A stretch of 64,000 bases of DNA from Bacteroidaceae bacterium (GTDB lineage Bacteria; Bacteroidota; Bacteroidia; Bacteroidales; Bacteroidaceae), in the NCBI GenBank assembly GCA_017534705.1, contig JAFXVU010000144.1, positions 646 through 64,645 of the forward strand, read 5' to 3'. Each line of letters opens with the position of its first letter. Within the stretch, counting starts at the first letter, position 1. The position numbers were made by a program, and so were the translations under genes. Shown here piece by piece: positions 1 to 10,345 of the stretch. The notes under the pieces are model-generated. The model was given only the letters and a program-made list of their open reading frames with translations, made no database searches and was not told the origin of the DNA.

Positions 1-2644
1 GAAAGGTACCATTATAATCGAAAGAAATGGTATATTGCCCTGCTGGCAAGACCTTTGAACTCTGTGAGAATGACTGACCAGCCAAAGTGGAAGCCGTACC
101 CCACCCTACATAGCACTCGAGGAAACCATCCAATTCAGTGTCGTGCCAGACAGAACCATTATACTTGATGTATTGTGAGGAACTGACGTTCCATTCATCC
201 AAACTCTCGTCACCGAAATCGGGATTCTGGAAAATGCGGGATGTAAATGACTCTTCCTTCTCGACAATCTCTGCCGAAAGGCTAACTTTGCCCACTGTGC
301 CATTGGAACGCAAAATAGCCAGCGCACGGCCACGGAAAACTGTCAGTCTGGGAGATCGGAAACTCTTCATATCATCAGGCGCACCTGTTCCACAAGCGAT
401 GAGGTCGCCTGCGCCATTGTTCTGAATGCTGATTTGACTGGCACAGTCGCTTGTCACGACATTGCCTTCTGCGTCAACAAGTTCCAATGTGACGTATGCC
501 AAGTCATTGAGTTCGCCCGACAAATCGGTGTCTTCATAGACACAACGAACACCAACAGGTTGCCCTGTGGTCTTGAGAACAAACTCCTCACCCGTCAGTT
601 CCTGACCATTGACATCGAGATTAACCACACGCAAGGTGCCGGGTTGATAAGGAATGCTATAGCCTGCCCAAAAGGTTGCACCTGGCGACTTGTCGCCCAT
701 TGGTTTGTCGTTCAGGTAGAGACGCACTTTCGGTGCCCGGCTGTAAACATTGACTGTCACATTCTGTCCTTCACGTCCAGGCCATGTCCAATGCTGTTCT
801 TCCAGTTGCCACCCCCAAGCGTTGTTGTATGATGAGGTAGGTTGCACTGCCATCGTCACTGGTGCCTGCCTCCAGACGACATCCCTATAATACGACTGCG
901 GCTTCTTTTGCCCGATAAGGTCAAGGTCTCCACAGTAACCATTGAACCAAGGCCAATCTTGGAACATCGATGGGTTGCGGTCAGAATATGCCGCACCAAT
1001 ACCCGCCTCACCCAGATAATCCATAGCCGTCCAGACAAAATCTCCTATGACGTAGGGCAATCGTTCCACAAGATTCCAATTCTCAGAAGCCTGCTTGGGA
1101 AAGCTTTCCAATCCACACATCACACGGTCAGGATGGGTCTGGTGGTCACGCTCATACCTGTCGTAAATATAGTTGTAACCTCCCACATCGAGGCTCAAAA
1201 AAGCACGATTGTCTTGTATCTCCCAGTTATTTCCCGCACTATTCCACGCGTCTCCGACATCCCATGAGCAAATGGCGGCTGTAATGGGGCGTGTGGTGTC
1301 GTATTTCAGAACATCGGCTCGCAAACGCGCTGCAACCTGAATACCGGCATCCTCCACACGACCAGGAATTTCATTGCCAATGGACCACATGATAACGGAT
1401 GGATGGTTGCGGTCACGACGCAGCATCACGGCGATGTCGTCATCGCTGTGCTCACGGAAATAACGATGATAGTCTTCACCATTCTTGGAAATCAACCACT
1501 GGTCGAAACACTCGTCGATAACCATCAGCCCCAACTCGTCGCAGACATCAAGGAAATTTTCAGATGGCAAATTGTGGCTGCATCGAACCGCATTGTAACC
1601 CTGGGCTTTAATCAGTTGCAGTTTGCGGCGTTCAGCTTTGTTGAAAGCGGCGGCACCGAGCAATCCATTGTCGTGGTGGACACAGCCACCTCGCAACAAA
1701 GTAGGTACTCCATTCAACAGGAATCCCTCTGTGGCAGAGAACGACAAAGTACGGAAGCCAAAACGTTTGGTGAAAGAGTCAACCGAACGCCCCTCGGAAT
1801 CCTTGACACTGACTACCATACTATAGAGATAAGGATGTTCAGGACTCCACATGTGCGCATCTGGGACAGAAAGGCTGAGGCTGACTTCTTTTGTCTGACC
1901 AGCTGAAACATTGTCGAAAGCTTCCGACTTCCGAGCTACTTCTTTCCCGTCGGCATTCAAGACACTCACTTCCACTGTGCCGTCCTGACTGGTGCCCCCT
2001 TCATTATGTACAATGGTGGAGACCAAGGCTGTGGTCGATGGCTGATTGTTGTCCATCCTCACGAAAGTATCCCATTCATCAGCATACATGCGGGATGTGC
2101 GGAGCAACCAAACATGGCGATAGATGCCACTTCCCGCATACCAACGGGTGTTGTTACCCTCATTCACGACCCTCACCACCACACTGTTTTCACCCTCGTG
2201 CAATTGTTTCGTCACATCAGTTCTGAAACTGCTGTAGCCATAGACATTCTCATGACACAGCACACCGTTGACATAAACCCATGACTGATTATAGGCTCCT
2301 TCGAAATAGAGTTCCACCCGACCAGAAAGGTCGTCTGCCGTAATATGTATCACACGCTGATACCATCCTTCACCACCCACGGTGAAGCCAGTCTGAGTAC
2401 GACCCACACTATTGGAGGAGAAAGGGCCGACAACACGGCCTCCAGCCTGTGCCGCAGCTTCGTTTTCCACGCTCCAATCGTGAGGCAGTGAAAGAGAGCG
2501 CCACGTTGATGCCTGAGCAGGGGTATTCAGGACAGCACGCCCATTGCCATAGAAAAAATGCCAGTCAGCATCAATGCACTGCTTTCGCTGTGCCATCATC
2601 ATCTGTGTGGAGAGAATCCACAACACCATCATCAAGAACTTCAT
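1..2644 (-). CDS. Glycoside hydrolase family 2 (beta-galactosidase-like), 3'-truncated by the window edge, with a CBM-like C-terminal module
   Basis: Absent from the ORF track because no stop codon lies in the window. ATG at 2644-2642 (minus) opens a frame that I translated without stops to position 1 (881 codons). Signal peptide MKFLMMVLWILSTQMMMAQ. GH2 motifs: WRSLSLPHDWSVE, SGIYRHVWL, FGFRTLSFSATEGFLLNG, NAVRCSHNLPSENFLDVCDELGLMVIDE, NHPSVIMWSIGNEI. The last ~90 codons (FQNPDFGDESLDEWN...) resemble a CBM4/9-type module. Confidence 0.85.
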   Translation of the reverse strand, partial: MKFLMMVLWILSTQMMMAQRKQCIDADWHFFYGNGRAVLNTPAQASTWRSLSLPHDWSVENEAAAQAGGRVVGPFSSNSVGRTQTGFTVGGEGWYQRVIHITADDLSGRVELYFEGAYNQSWVYVNGVLCHENVYGYSSFRTDVTKQLHEGENSVVVRVVNEGNNTRWYAGSGIYRHVWLLRTSRMYADEWDTFVRMDNNQPSTTALVSTIVHNEGGTSQDGTVEVSVLNADGKEVARKSEAFDNVSAGQTKEVSLSLSVPDAHMWSPEHPYLYSMVVSVKDSEGRSVDSFTKRFGFRTLSFSATEGFLLNGVPTLLRGGCVHHDNGLLGAAAFNKAERRKLQLIKAQGYNAVRCSHNLPSENFLDVCDELGLMVIDECFDQWLISKNGEDYHRYFREHSDDDIAVMLRRDRNHPSVIMWSIGNEIPGRVEDAGIQVAARLRADVLKYDTTRPITAAICSWDVGDAWNSAGNNWEIQDNRAFLSLDVGGYNYIYDRYERDHQTHPDRVMCGLESFPKQASENWNLVERLPYVIGDFVWTAMDYLGEAGIGAAYSDRNPSMFQDWPWFNGYCGDLDLIGQKKPQSYYRDVVWRQAPVTMAVQPTSSYNNAWGWQLEEQHWTWPGREGQNVTVNVYSRAPKVRLYLNDKPMGDKSPGATFWAGYSIPYQPGTLRVVNLDVNGQELTGEEFVLKTTGQPVGVRCVYEDTDLSGELNDLAYVTLELVDAEGNVVTSDCASQISIQNNGAGDLIACGTGAPDDMKSFRSPRLTVFRGRALAILRSNGTVGKVSLSAEIVEKEESFTSRIFQNPDFGDESLDEWNVSSSQYIKYNGSVWHDTELDGFLECYVGWGTASTLAGQSFSQSSKVLPAGQYTISFDYNGTF

Positions 2645-2693
2645 AAAGACTATTTGTTTTATTATCACTATTAGCTATAAACTAAAAAACATA

Positions 2694-2720
2694 TTAACTG
2701 CCATTCTTGCTGGCAGTTAA
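2694..2720 (-). terminator. Intrinsic terminator after thiL
   Basis: Perfect 10-bp stem TTAACTGCCA/TGGCAGTTAA with a 7-nt loop, followed on the minus strand by TATGTTTTTT. Confidence 0.7.
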
Positions 2721-2753
2721 CATGTATAGAAGAAAGAATCGGAAAGGGTGTGA

Positions 2754-3833
2754 TTATTCTTTCAATGGATTCCAGCCTTGGGCTTTGAGTTCAAACTCTT
2801 GCGAGTCGCGTGTGACGAGCACACGCCCCAACTCAGGACGGGTAATATGACCTATCATCTTCACATCCTTCACATGGGCAATCTTCTCATGGTCAGTGAT
2901 GGGGATGGTAAAGAGCAACTCATAGTCCTCACCGCCGTTCAAGGCGCACGTGGTGACATTCATATTCAACTCCTCTGCCATCACCGCAGTCTGATAATCA
3001 ATAGGTATACGCTCCTCGAACACTCGGCAACCACAATTGCTCTGCGAACAAATATGCAGCAACTCACTGCTCAGTCCATCACTGATGTCCATCATGGCTG
3101 TGGGGCGTATGCCACGCTCTTTCAGTTCCTGAATGACATCGCGACGAGCCTCGGGACGGAGTTGACGTTCTATGATGTACTCACGTCCAGCCATGTCGGG
3201 CTGGTAGTTCTCCAACTCACGACGCATGGCCTCACGCTGCTCACCTTGCAACGTCTCCATCTCATGCCATTGCTGTTCAAACACAGCCTGCTCGCGCTTC
3301 AGCAATTGCAATCCCATATAGGCAGCACCAAGATTACCGCTCACGCAGATGATATCGGTATCTTTAGCACCATTACGCATGATAGCGCCACCCTTCTCCA
3401 CCTCACCGATGCAAGTGATGCTGATAGCGAAACCTGTCAGCGAAGAGGTGGTGTCGCCACCCACAATATCCACACCATGCTCTTCGCAAGCGATACGCAG
3501 CCCAGAATAAAAGAGATCCATATCCTCCACACTGAAACGCTTATCGATAGCTATGCTCACGGTAATCTGACGAGGGATGCCGCCCATGGCATAGACATCA
3601 CTGAAATTCACCATGGCACTCTTGTAGCCCAAGTGCTGCAAAGGAGTGTACGTACGGTCGAAATGCACGCCCTCCATAAGCATGTCGGTGGTCACCAGCA
3701 CCTGACGGTCGCCATAATCGAGCACAGCGCAATCATCTCCTACACCATAGACCGTGCTACTGTTTTTTAGTTCTATTCCTTCTGTCAGCCTCTTGATGAG
3801 ACCAAATTCACCGAGTGTGCTTATCTCTGCCAT
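2754..3833 (-). CDS. thiL: Thiamine-monophosphate kinase
   Basis: 359-aa ORF. Motifs GEFGLIKRL, GDDCAVL, DMLMEGVHFD, GGDTTSS of the PurM/AIR-synthase-like ThiL family. Confidence 0.85.
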   Translation of the reverse strand: MAEISTLGEFGLIKRLTEGIELKNSSTVYGVGDDCAVLDYGDRQVLVTTDMLMEGVHFDRTYTPLQHLGYKSAMVNFSDVYAMGGIPRQITVSIAIDKRFSVEDMDLFYSGLRIACEEHGVDIVGGDTTSSLTGFAISITCIGEVEKGGAIMRNGAKDTDIICVSGNLGAAYMGLQLLKREQAVFEQQWHEMETLQGEQREAMRRELENYQPDMAGREYIIERQLRPEARRDVIQELKERGIRPTAMMDISDGLSSELLHICSQSNCGCRVFEERIPIDYQTAVMAEELNMNVTTCALNGGEDYELLFTIPITDHEKIAHVKDVKMIGHITRPELGRVLVTRDSQEFELKAQGWNPLKE

Positions 3834-3898
3834 TTTGTTCTTTTATATGAGATTATATGGATGATATGGGTAAAAATGGGCTTGATGGAGTAAATGCA

Positions 3899-4714
3899 TC
3901 AGATTTTCTCTAGAAGGGCCTTGAAAATCTCAGCCATCTTGGGTTGTACGGCATCGGCGGCTTTCTGCACCTCCTCGTGCGACACCTCGCCAATGACCTC
4001 ACCGAAACCGATATCGGTAATAACAGACATACCAAACACCTTGATGCCACAATGAACAGCCACAATGACCTCAGGCACAGTAGACATTCCCACAGCATCA
4101 CCTCCCAACACACGGAAAGCACGGTACTCAGCCGGTGTCTCAAAGGTCGGTCCTTGTGTGGCAAGATAAACGCCTTGCTTCACAGGAATGCCCTTCTCTG
4201 TCGCTATCTCTATCGCCTGTGCAATGAAAGCCTTGTTGTAGGCACTGTCCATACTTGGGAAACGAGGGCCAGGAGGCACGTTCTTGCCCCTAAGCGGATG
4301 CTCAGGCATCATGTTGATGTGGTCGGTGATAATCATCAGGTCGCCTACCTTAAAAGAAGGATTCATGCCACCGCTTGCATTACTCACAAAAAGATTCTTG
4401 ATGCCCAGTTCATGCATCACACGGATAGGGAAGGTCACCTCCTTCATGGAGTAACCCTCATAGTAATGGAAACGGCCTTGCATCGCCATCACATCCTTGG
4501 TCCCAAGGCGGCCGAAAAGCAGTTTGCCAGAATGTCCCTCCACTGTCGAGATTGGGAAATTAGGGATGTCGGCGTAATTGATTTCCAAATCCACCTTTAT
4601 CTCACTTGCCAGACGCGCAAGCCCTGTACCCAGAACGATGGCAGTCTCAGGACTTGTTGTCATTCTTTCTTTTAAGAAGCGTGCTGTTTCTTGAATTTTT
4701 TCGTACATAGCCAA
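3899..4714 (-). CDS. punA: Purine nucleoside phosphorylase (trimeric PNP-I family)
   Basis: 271-aa ORF with GRFHYYEGY, FVSNASGG, GPTFETPAE, VGMSTVPE motifs. Confidence 0.85.
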   Translation of the reverse strand: MAMYEKIQETARFLKERMTTSPETAIVLGTGLARLASEIKVDLEINYADIPNFPISTVEGHSGKLLFGRLGTKDVMAMQGRFHYYEGYSMKEVTFPIRVMHELGIKNLFVSNASGGMNPSFKVGDLMIITDHINMMPEHPLRGKNVPPGPRFPSMDSAYNKAFIAQAIEIATEKGIPVKQGVYLATQGPTFETPAEYRAFRVLGGDAVGMSTVPEVIVAVHCGIKVFGMSVITDIGFGEVIGEVSHEEVQKAADAVQPKMAEIFKALLEKI

Positions 4715-5774
4715 TGATTGTTTCGTTAAAATATTCCTCGTCGTTCATGATAACCACCTCTGCAGGCAGTACATAGAGAGATTTCTTCACCTCCTCGCTG
4801 AAGCCCTCGCAATGCATGAGACGAGTGGCGTCCTTCTCGGTGGTGATGATTAGTCGGTTCTCACCAGATAGTTCACTAAAAGAGTTCTCTATCTGTCGGA
4901 TGTCTTTTTTCTTGAAATTATGGTGATCGCTGAACTTCAGCGACTTGAAGGCAGTGAATTGGCTAAGGTCGTACTCCATCTGCTCGGGCGACCCTATGCC
5001 GGTAAGCAGGAGTACAGAAGGACGTGTCTCCTTCAGATGCTCCAAAGGTATTCGGGGCAAGGAGGGGTCGAAAAGATTGTAGAGTTGACCATACTGGAAA
5101 GTGGAAAAGAAAAGCTTCTGCCAAGGATAAAGTTCCAGCGAACGTGAGATGCCGCGTTTCTCCATTGGTGTGATAGACTTCGGACACTTCGTCACTATCA
5201 CGATGTCGGCCCTGCGCTTGTTGTACTTATGCTCTCGAAGTCGTCCGGCTGGCAACAGCGCGTCGAAGCAAATCAATCGGTGGTAGTCCATCAACAGAAT
5301 ATTGATTCCTGGCGTCACATAGCGATGCTGGTAGGCATCGTCTAGAATGATGACATCCGTCGTCGGTTTAATCTGCTCATCATCGGCCAGTTTATGTATG
5401 CCACGGCGACGGTTCTTATCGACGGCAAGGTGGATACCAGGAAACTTCAGCTTCATCTGGTATGGCTCGTCGCCAATCTCAGGCATGGTGGTGTCGGCAT
5501 TGGCCAAAAGGAAACCACGTGTCTTACGCTTATAGCCACGGCTTAGCAGCCCTATCTGGAACTTGCCTTGAAGCAGTCTCACCAGATACTCAGAATGCGG
5601 TGTCTTACCTGTACCGCCAACAGTGAGGTTACCCACACTGATGACAGGGATGTCAAAGGACTCCGAGCGCAATAGACCGCAGTCGAACATCATGTTTCTG
5701 ATGCCTACCACCAAACCGTAAATCCACGACAGCGGACGTAAGAACTCATTGATTTTTATATGGTCACCTTCCAA
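4647..5774 (-). CDS. lpxK: Tetraacyldisaccharide 4'-kinase
   Basis: 375-aa ORF with the LpxK P-loop VISVGNLTVGGTGKTP. The start is TTG at 5774 with no nearby ATG, so the 5' end is uncertain. The 3' end overlaps the punA start by 68 nt. Confidence 0.8.
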   Translation of the reverse strand: MEGDHIKINEFLRPLSWIYGLVVGIRNMMFDCGLLRSESFDIPVISVGNLTVGGTGKTPHSEYLVRLLQGKFQIGLLSRGYKRKTRGFLLANADTTMPEIGDEPYQMKLKFPGIHLAVDKNRRRGIHKLADDEQIKPTTDVIILDDAYQHRYVTPGINILLMDYHRLICFDALLPAGRLREHKYNKRRADIVIVTKCPKSITPMEKRGISRSLELYPWQKLFFSTFQYGQLYNLFDPSLPRIPLEHLKETRPSVLLLTGIGSPEQMEYDLSQFTAFKSLKFSDHHNFKKKDIRQIENSFSELSGENRLIITTEKDATRLMHCEGFSEEVKKSLYVLPAEVVIMNDEEYFNETIIGYVRKNSRNSTLLKRKNDNKS

Positions 5775-5847
5775 GATTCACGCTGTTTTTTTATGAGGAG
5801 GCTCGGCACGGACACCGAACCTCCTATTGGTCTGTTATCTGATATGT

Positions 5848-7653
5848 CTAAAGATTGAACTTGATGACGTAAGGTAAAGAAGCCTGGACACCGTTCTTGC
5901 TGGACACCGACTTCACCGCTGTGAGAATATCAAAGTACTCGCCGAAGAGTTCACGAGCGCGGGCGTCGGCATATGAGTCGCTGTTGGTGGCTGTGTCCAT
6001 CAACTTCGTGAAGAGATTCTCCTCTGCAGGATAGTTCATCACCGAACACTTCTCCAATTTGGCACGCTTCTTTGCCTCCTCGATAGCCACGTCAAGACCG
6101 CCGAGTTGGTCCACAAGACCTATCTCCTTGGCATGAATACCTGTCCATACACGACCCTCGCCTATCGTCTTGATGTAGTCCTGCGGTTTCTTGCGACCAT
6201 CGGCCACACGTTTGGTGAACAACTCATAACCACGATTGATGTATGATTGCAAATGTGCGCTCTCATTGGGTGTCATGTCCTTAAGCATCACACCCATAAG
6301 GCTGGCACCGAAATCAGCATACTCGTTCGTCGTCACACTGTAACTCTTCAAACCCAGTTTCTTCTCCAACAGTTCATTGCCGTTGAAGAACATACCGAAA
6401 ATACCGATGGAACCCGTGATGGTAGTGGGTTCTGCCACAATCCAGTCAGCAGGGCAAGAGATGTAGTAACCACCTGAGGCAGCATATCCACCCATCGACA
6501 CCACCAAAGGCTTCTTTTCCTTGATTTTCATTAACTGATGCCAGATTTGCTCGGAAGCATAAGCACTGCCGCCCGGTGAGTTCACACGGAGCACCACTGC
6601 CTTCACGTTTTCATCGTCGGCCAACTTCTCCAAGTCCTTGATGACTTTCTTGCCCACAATCGATTCGCCCCCAGAGAAAAGTGATGTAGGTGCTTCTTCC
6701 TCCACGATTTCACCCGAAGCATAATAGACTGCCACGATATCGCCGCTCGGATCCTTGACTTTGTCAGAAGATGCATTGGCCATGTCCTTCACGCTGATGA
6801 CATTGTAGTCCTTGGGGCTATCCACTTTCATATAACGGGCTATCATCTGCTTCACCTCGTCGGGATAGGCCAACTTATCCACCATACCCGCTTTGAGATA
6901 ATCCGGCGTATCAGCAAGCACGATACAGGAATCTGCCAATGCGTTCAACTTGTCAGCGCTAAGATTCTTTCTTGACTTGGCAATGTTCTCACGCATCTTC
7001 TTCCAAATCTCACTGGTATAGACCGTGATTTGCTCACGGTTGGCATCACTCATCTGGTTGGTGATGTATGGCTCAACTGCCGACTTGTAGGTTCCCACCT
7101 TGAACACCTCGGCTTTCACACCTACCTTGTCCAGCAAGTCCTTATAGTACAATACAGTACCACCCAAACCAATCCATTCAATCATGCCCGAAGGGTTAAT
7201 AACCACTGAGTCAGCAACACTGCTCAGATAGTAGGTGCCCTGAGTATAAGAATCACCGTAAGCGAGAATGAACTTGCCACTCTTCTTGAACTCCACCAAC
7301 CTGGAGCGGAGTTCCTCAATCATAGCTGGAGCCGCACCAGCGAGAGAACCCGCCTCGATATAGATGCCTTTCACGTTGTCGTTATCCTTGGCATTGTCAA
7401 TGGCCTTGAGTGCATCAGACAGACTGATACCCTCGTCGGTTGAACCACTCAGAAGGGAAGCGAAAGGATTGTCCTGACTGCGCTCTGTCATCTGCCCCGA
7501 GAGTTTCATGACCATCACACTTTTGGATGGCACTTTTGTTGTGGATTGCATGGTCATGCCAAGCAACGACACCATCGTCATAATGAAACTGAGTAAACCT
7601 ACCACCAGAATACCAACAACGGTGGCGAATACGTACTTGAAGAAATCTTTCAT
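5848..7653 (-). CDS. sppA: Signal peptide peptidase SppA, 67K type
   Basis: 601-aa ORF with an N-terminal TM helix followed by two S49/ClpP-like repeats (second repeat GGYAASGGYYIS). Confidence 0.85.
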   Translation of the reverse strand: MKDFFKYVFATVVGILVVGLLSFIMTMVSLLGMTMQSTTKVPSKSVMVMKLSGQMTERSQDNPFASLLSGSTDEGISLSDALKAIDNAKDNDNVKGIYIEAGSLAGAAPAMIEELRSRLVEFKKSGKFILAYGDSYTQGTYYLSSVADSVVINPSGMIEWIGLGGTVLYYKDLLDKVGVKAEVFKVGTYKSAVEPYITNQMSDANREQITVYTSEIWKKMRENIAKSRKNLSADKLNALADSCIVLADTPDYLKAGMVDKLAYPDEVKQMIARYMKVDSPKDYNVISVKDMANASSDKVKDPSGDIVAVYYASGEIVEEEAPTSLFSGGESIVGKKVIKDLEKLADDENVKAVVLRVNSPGGSAYASEQIWHQLMKIKEKKPLVVSMGGYAASGGYYISCPADWIVAEPTTITGSIGIFGMFFNGNELLEKKLGLKSYSVTTNEYADFGASLMGVMLKDMTPNESAHLQSYINRGYELFTKRVADGRKKPQDYIKTIGEGRVWTGIHAKEIGLVDQLGGLDVAIEEAKKRAKLEKCSVMNYPAEENLFTKLMDTATNSDSYADARARELFGEYFDILTAVKSVSSKNGVQASLPYVIKFNL

Positions 7654-7676
7654 AGATAAAATATTTGATTGATTTT

Positions 7677-8822
7677 TTATTTCTTGAGATATTTCACATA
7701 CTCACATGCAGCAAGCAACCATGCACCTGTGCCGAAAGGAGCCTGTGAATGAGCGTCAACCGTACGTGTGGGGTCGGGTTTTTCACCGATAGGCTGCACG
7801 AAACCAATGCTCCCATCAGGTTGTAGTGCCACCTCCGACAGGTATTTCCACGCCTTCTCTATCACGGGCTTGTACTCCTTTTTCTTCAGGATTCCGTTGT
7901 TCACACCCCAAAGCAGACCATAGGTGAAGAAGGCTGTGCCACTAGTCTCGTAGCCTGGTGCATCGTCCTCACACTTCATTGAACGGCTCCAGTAGCCACC
8001 TTCCTGCTGGGTGCGAGCCACACCAGCAGCCAGTTGCTTGAAGCGGTCAAGGTAGAAAGCCCTGTACTTTGATTTCTTGGGCAGGTCGGTCAGCACCTTG
8101 GCCAGTCCAGCAAGCACCCAACCGTCGCCACGGGCCCAGAAACTCTTGCCCCCATTACATGCTGTGGTCACTTTTGGCCACACATACTTGCCGTCACGGT
8201 AATAGAGTTGGTCTTCCTTGTCGAAAAGCAACTCATCAGTCCAGCGGTAGCTCTCAAACTGTTTGTCCAGCAGTTTCTCGTCGCCAGTCACCTTGTACAG
8301 CTTGGTGAAAATCGGCATACCCATATAGAGGGCATCGCTCCACCACCAGAAATCCACGTCGGGCATACTGGCCTGATAATTCATAACCTCCTTGGCACGG
8401 GCAATCTTTTCCTCACCACCCTCGAGGTTGTAAAGGTCAATATAGACCTGGAAACAAATCTGCCAGTCAGCGAAAAGCACATGGCGCATGTCCTCACCAT
8501 AAGTCTTGTACTCCCATTTCTGTGGATCCTGCTCTGTTGCACCTGTCCATTTGTTGTACTCAGCCCAGCCTTTGGCATACTGAAGGTACTCGGGTTTCTT
8601 GGTCAGTTCGTAGGCTGCCATATTACCCGTATAATAAGCAGCATTGTCCCAGAAACCGCGGCATTCCGTCTTGTGATGGCTTTGCCAATAATCGTTCACT
8701 TTCACCACCATCTCCGTGGTCTTCCTGGCCTCAACTTGCTTCTTAACCTGAAATTTAGGTTTTGCTTGTGCTGACATCGCCATCAGCGACGCACACACCA
8801 TCAATGCAGTGATGATTCTCAT
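7677..8822 (-). CDS. GH88/GH105-family unsaturated (rhamno)galacturonyl/glucuronyl hydrolase, secreted
   Basis: 381-aa ORF. Signal peptide MRIITALMVCASLMAMSAQA. Motifs RGDGWVLAGL, GTAFFTYGLLWG, GFVQPIGEKP. Clear paralog of 46272..47528. Confidence 0.7.
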   Translation of the reverse strand: MRIITALMVCASLMAMSAQAKPKFQVKKQVEARKTTEMVVKVNDYWQSHHKTECRGFWDNAAYYTGNMAAYELTKKPEYLQYAKGWAEYNKWTGATEQDPQKWEYKTYGEDMRHVLFADWQICFQVYIDLYNLEGGEEKIARAKEVMNYQASMPDVDFWWWSDALYMGMPIFTKLYKVTGDEKLLDKQFESYRWTDELLFDKEDQLYYRDGKYVWPKVTTACNGGKSFWARGDGWVLAGLAKVLTDLPKKSKYRAFYLDRFKQLAAGVARTQQEGGYWSRSMKCEDDAPGYETSGTAFFTYGLLWGVNNGILKKKEYKPVIEKAWKYLSEVALQPDGSIGFVQPIGEKPDPTRTVDAHSQAPFGTGAWLLAACEYVKYLKK

Positions 8823-9209
8823 TATGATTCAGTTTATTGGGTTAGTTTTTGTCGTATAATGAAAAACACACAGGGCTTGCAATCGCCCCATATTTCCCAT
8901 TAATATGCAAATTTGCGAAATATTTCTGAATTACGCAAAAAGAAAATGAAAATTTATCCTATCCATGTGTATAATCATCATAATCCCAGCGCTACATTCC
9001 TATTTTCAATGGGGCTTCAACGGATATGCAATACAGATAGGGCAGTTCCTTAATCAGGATATGCATCCAGTATTCTTTTGCTAAAAACAGATTGTCCGTG
9101 TCGAATTGGTATTTACATTCTATAGTTCAACGTTATTGTTTTTTTCAGTCATGTTTCAACACTGACAGTTTTCGTTACCGAGGTGAACGGGGCAACTATA
9201 GATAATCGT

Positions 9210-10241
<1,032 letters not shown>

Positions 10242-10257
10242 ACGACAATACACAACG

Positions 10258-10297
10258 AAAAGACCTAGCACCTGCAAAAGCAAGTGCCAGGTCTTTT
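10258..10297. terminator. Bidirectional terminator between the esterase gene and alaS (convergent)
   Basis: AAAGACCTAGCACCTGC-aaaa-GCAAGTGCCAGGTCTTT forms a 17-bp stem with 2 mismatches and A/T tracts on both sides. Confidence 0.7.
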
Positions 10298-10345
10298 CGC
10301 ATTATGTAGAGAGGGGACGCAACACGTCACATCCCTACAAAAGAT

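Noticed and set aside
2778-3770. 330-aa plus-strand ORF fully antisense to thiL.
   Set aside because: It is a mirror-frame ORF of a well-supported gene. Its composition is low-complexity (H/T/L/Q-rich) with no recognisable motif. Such shadow ORFs are expected from codon bias.
5775-5847. Hairpin AGGAGGCTCGG...CCGAACCTCCT between sppA and lpxK.
   Set aside because: No U-tract follows it on the transcribed (minus) strand. The genes are co-directional and probably co-transcribed, so I did not call a terminator.
8946-9044. 32-codon ORF (MKIYPIHVYNHH...) in the GH105/esterase spacer.
   Set aside because: It has no promoter box, no TM or signal features, and an AT-rich chance-like composition.
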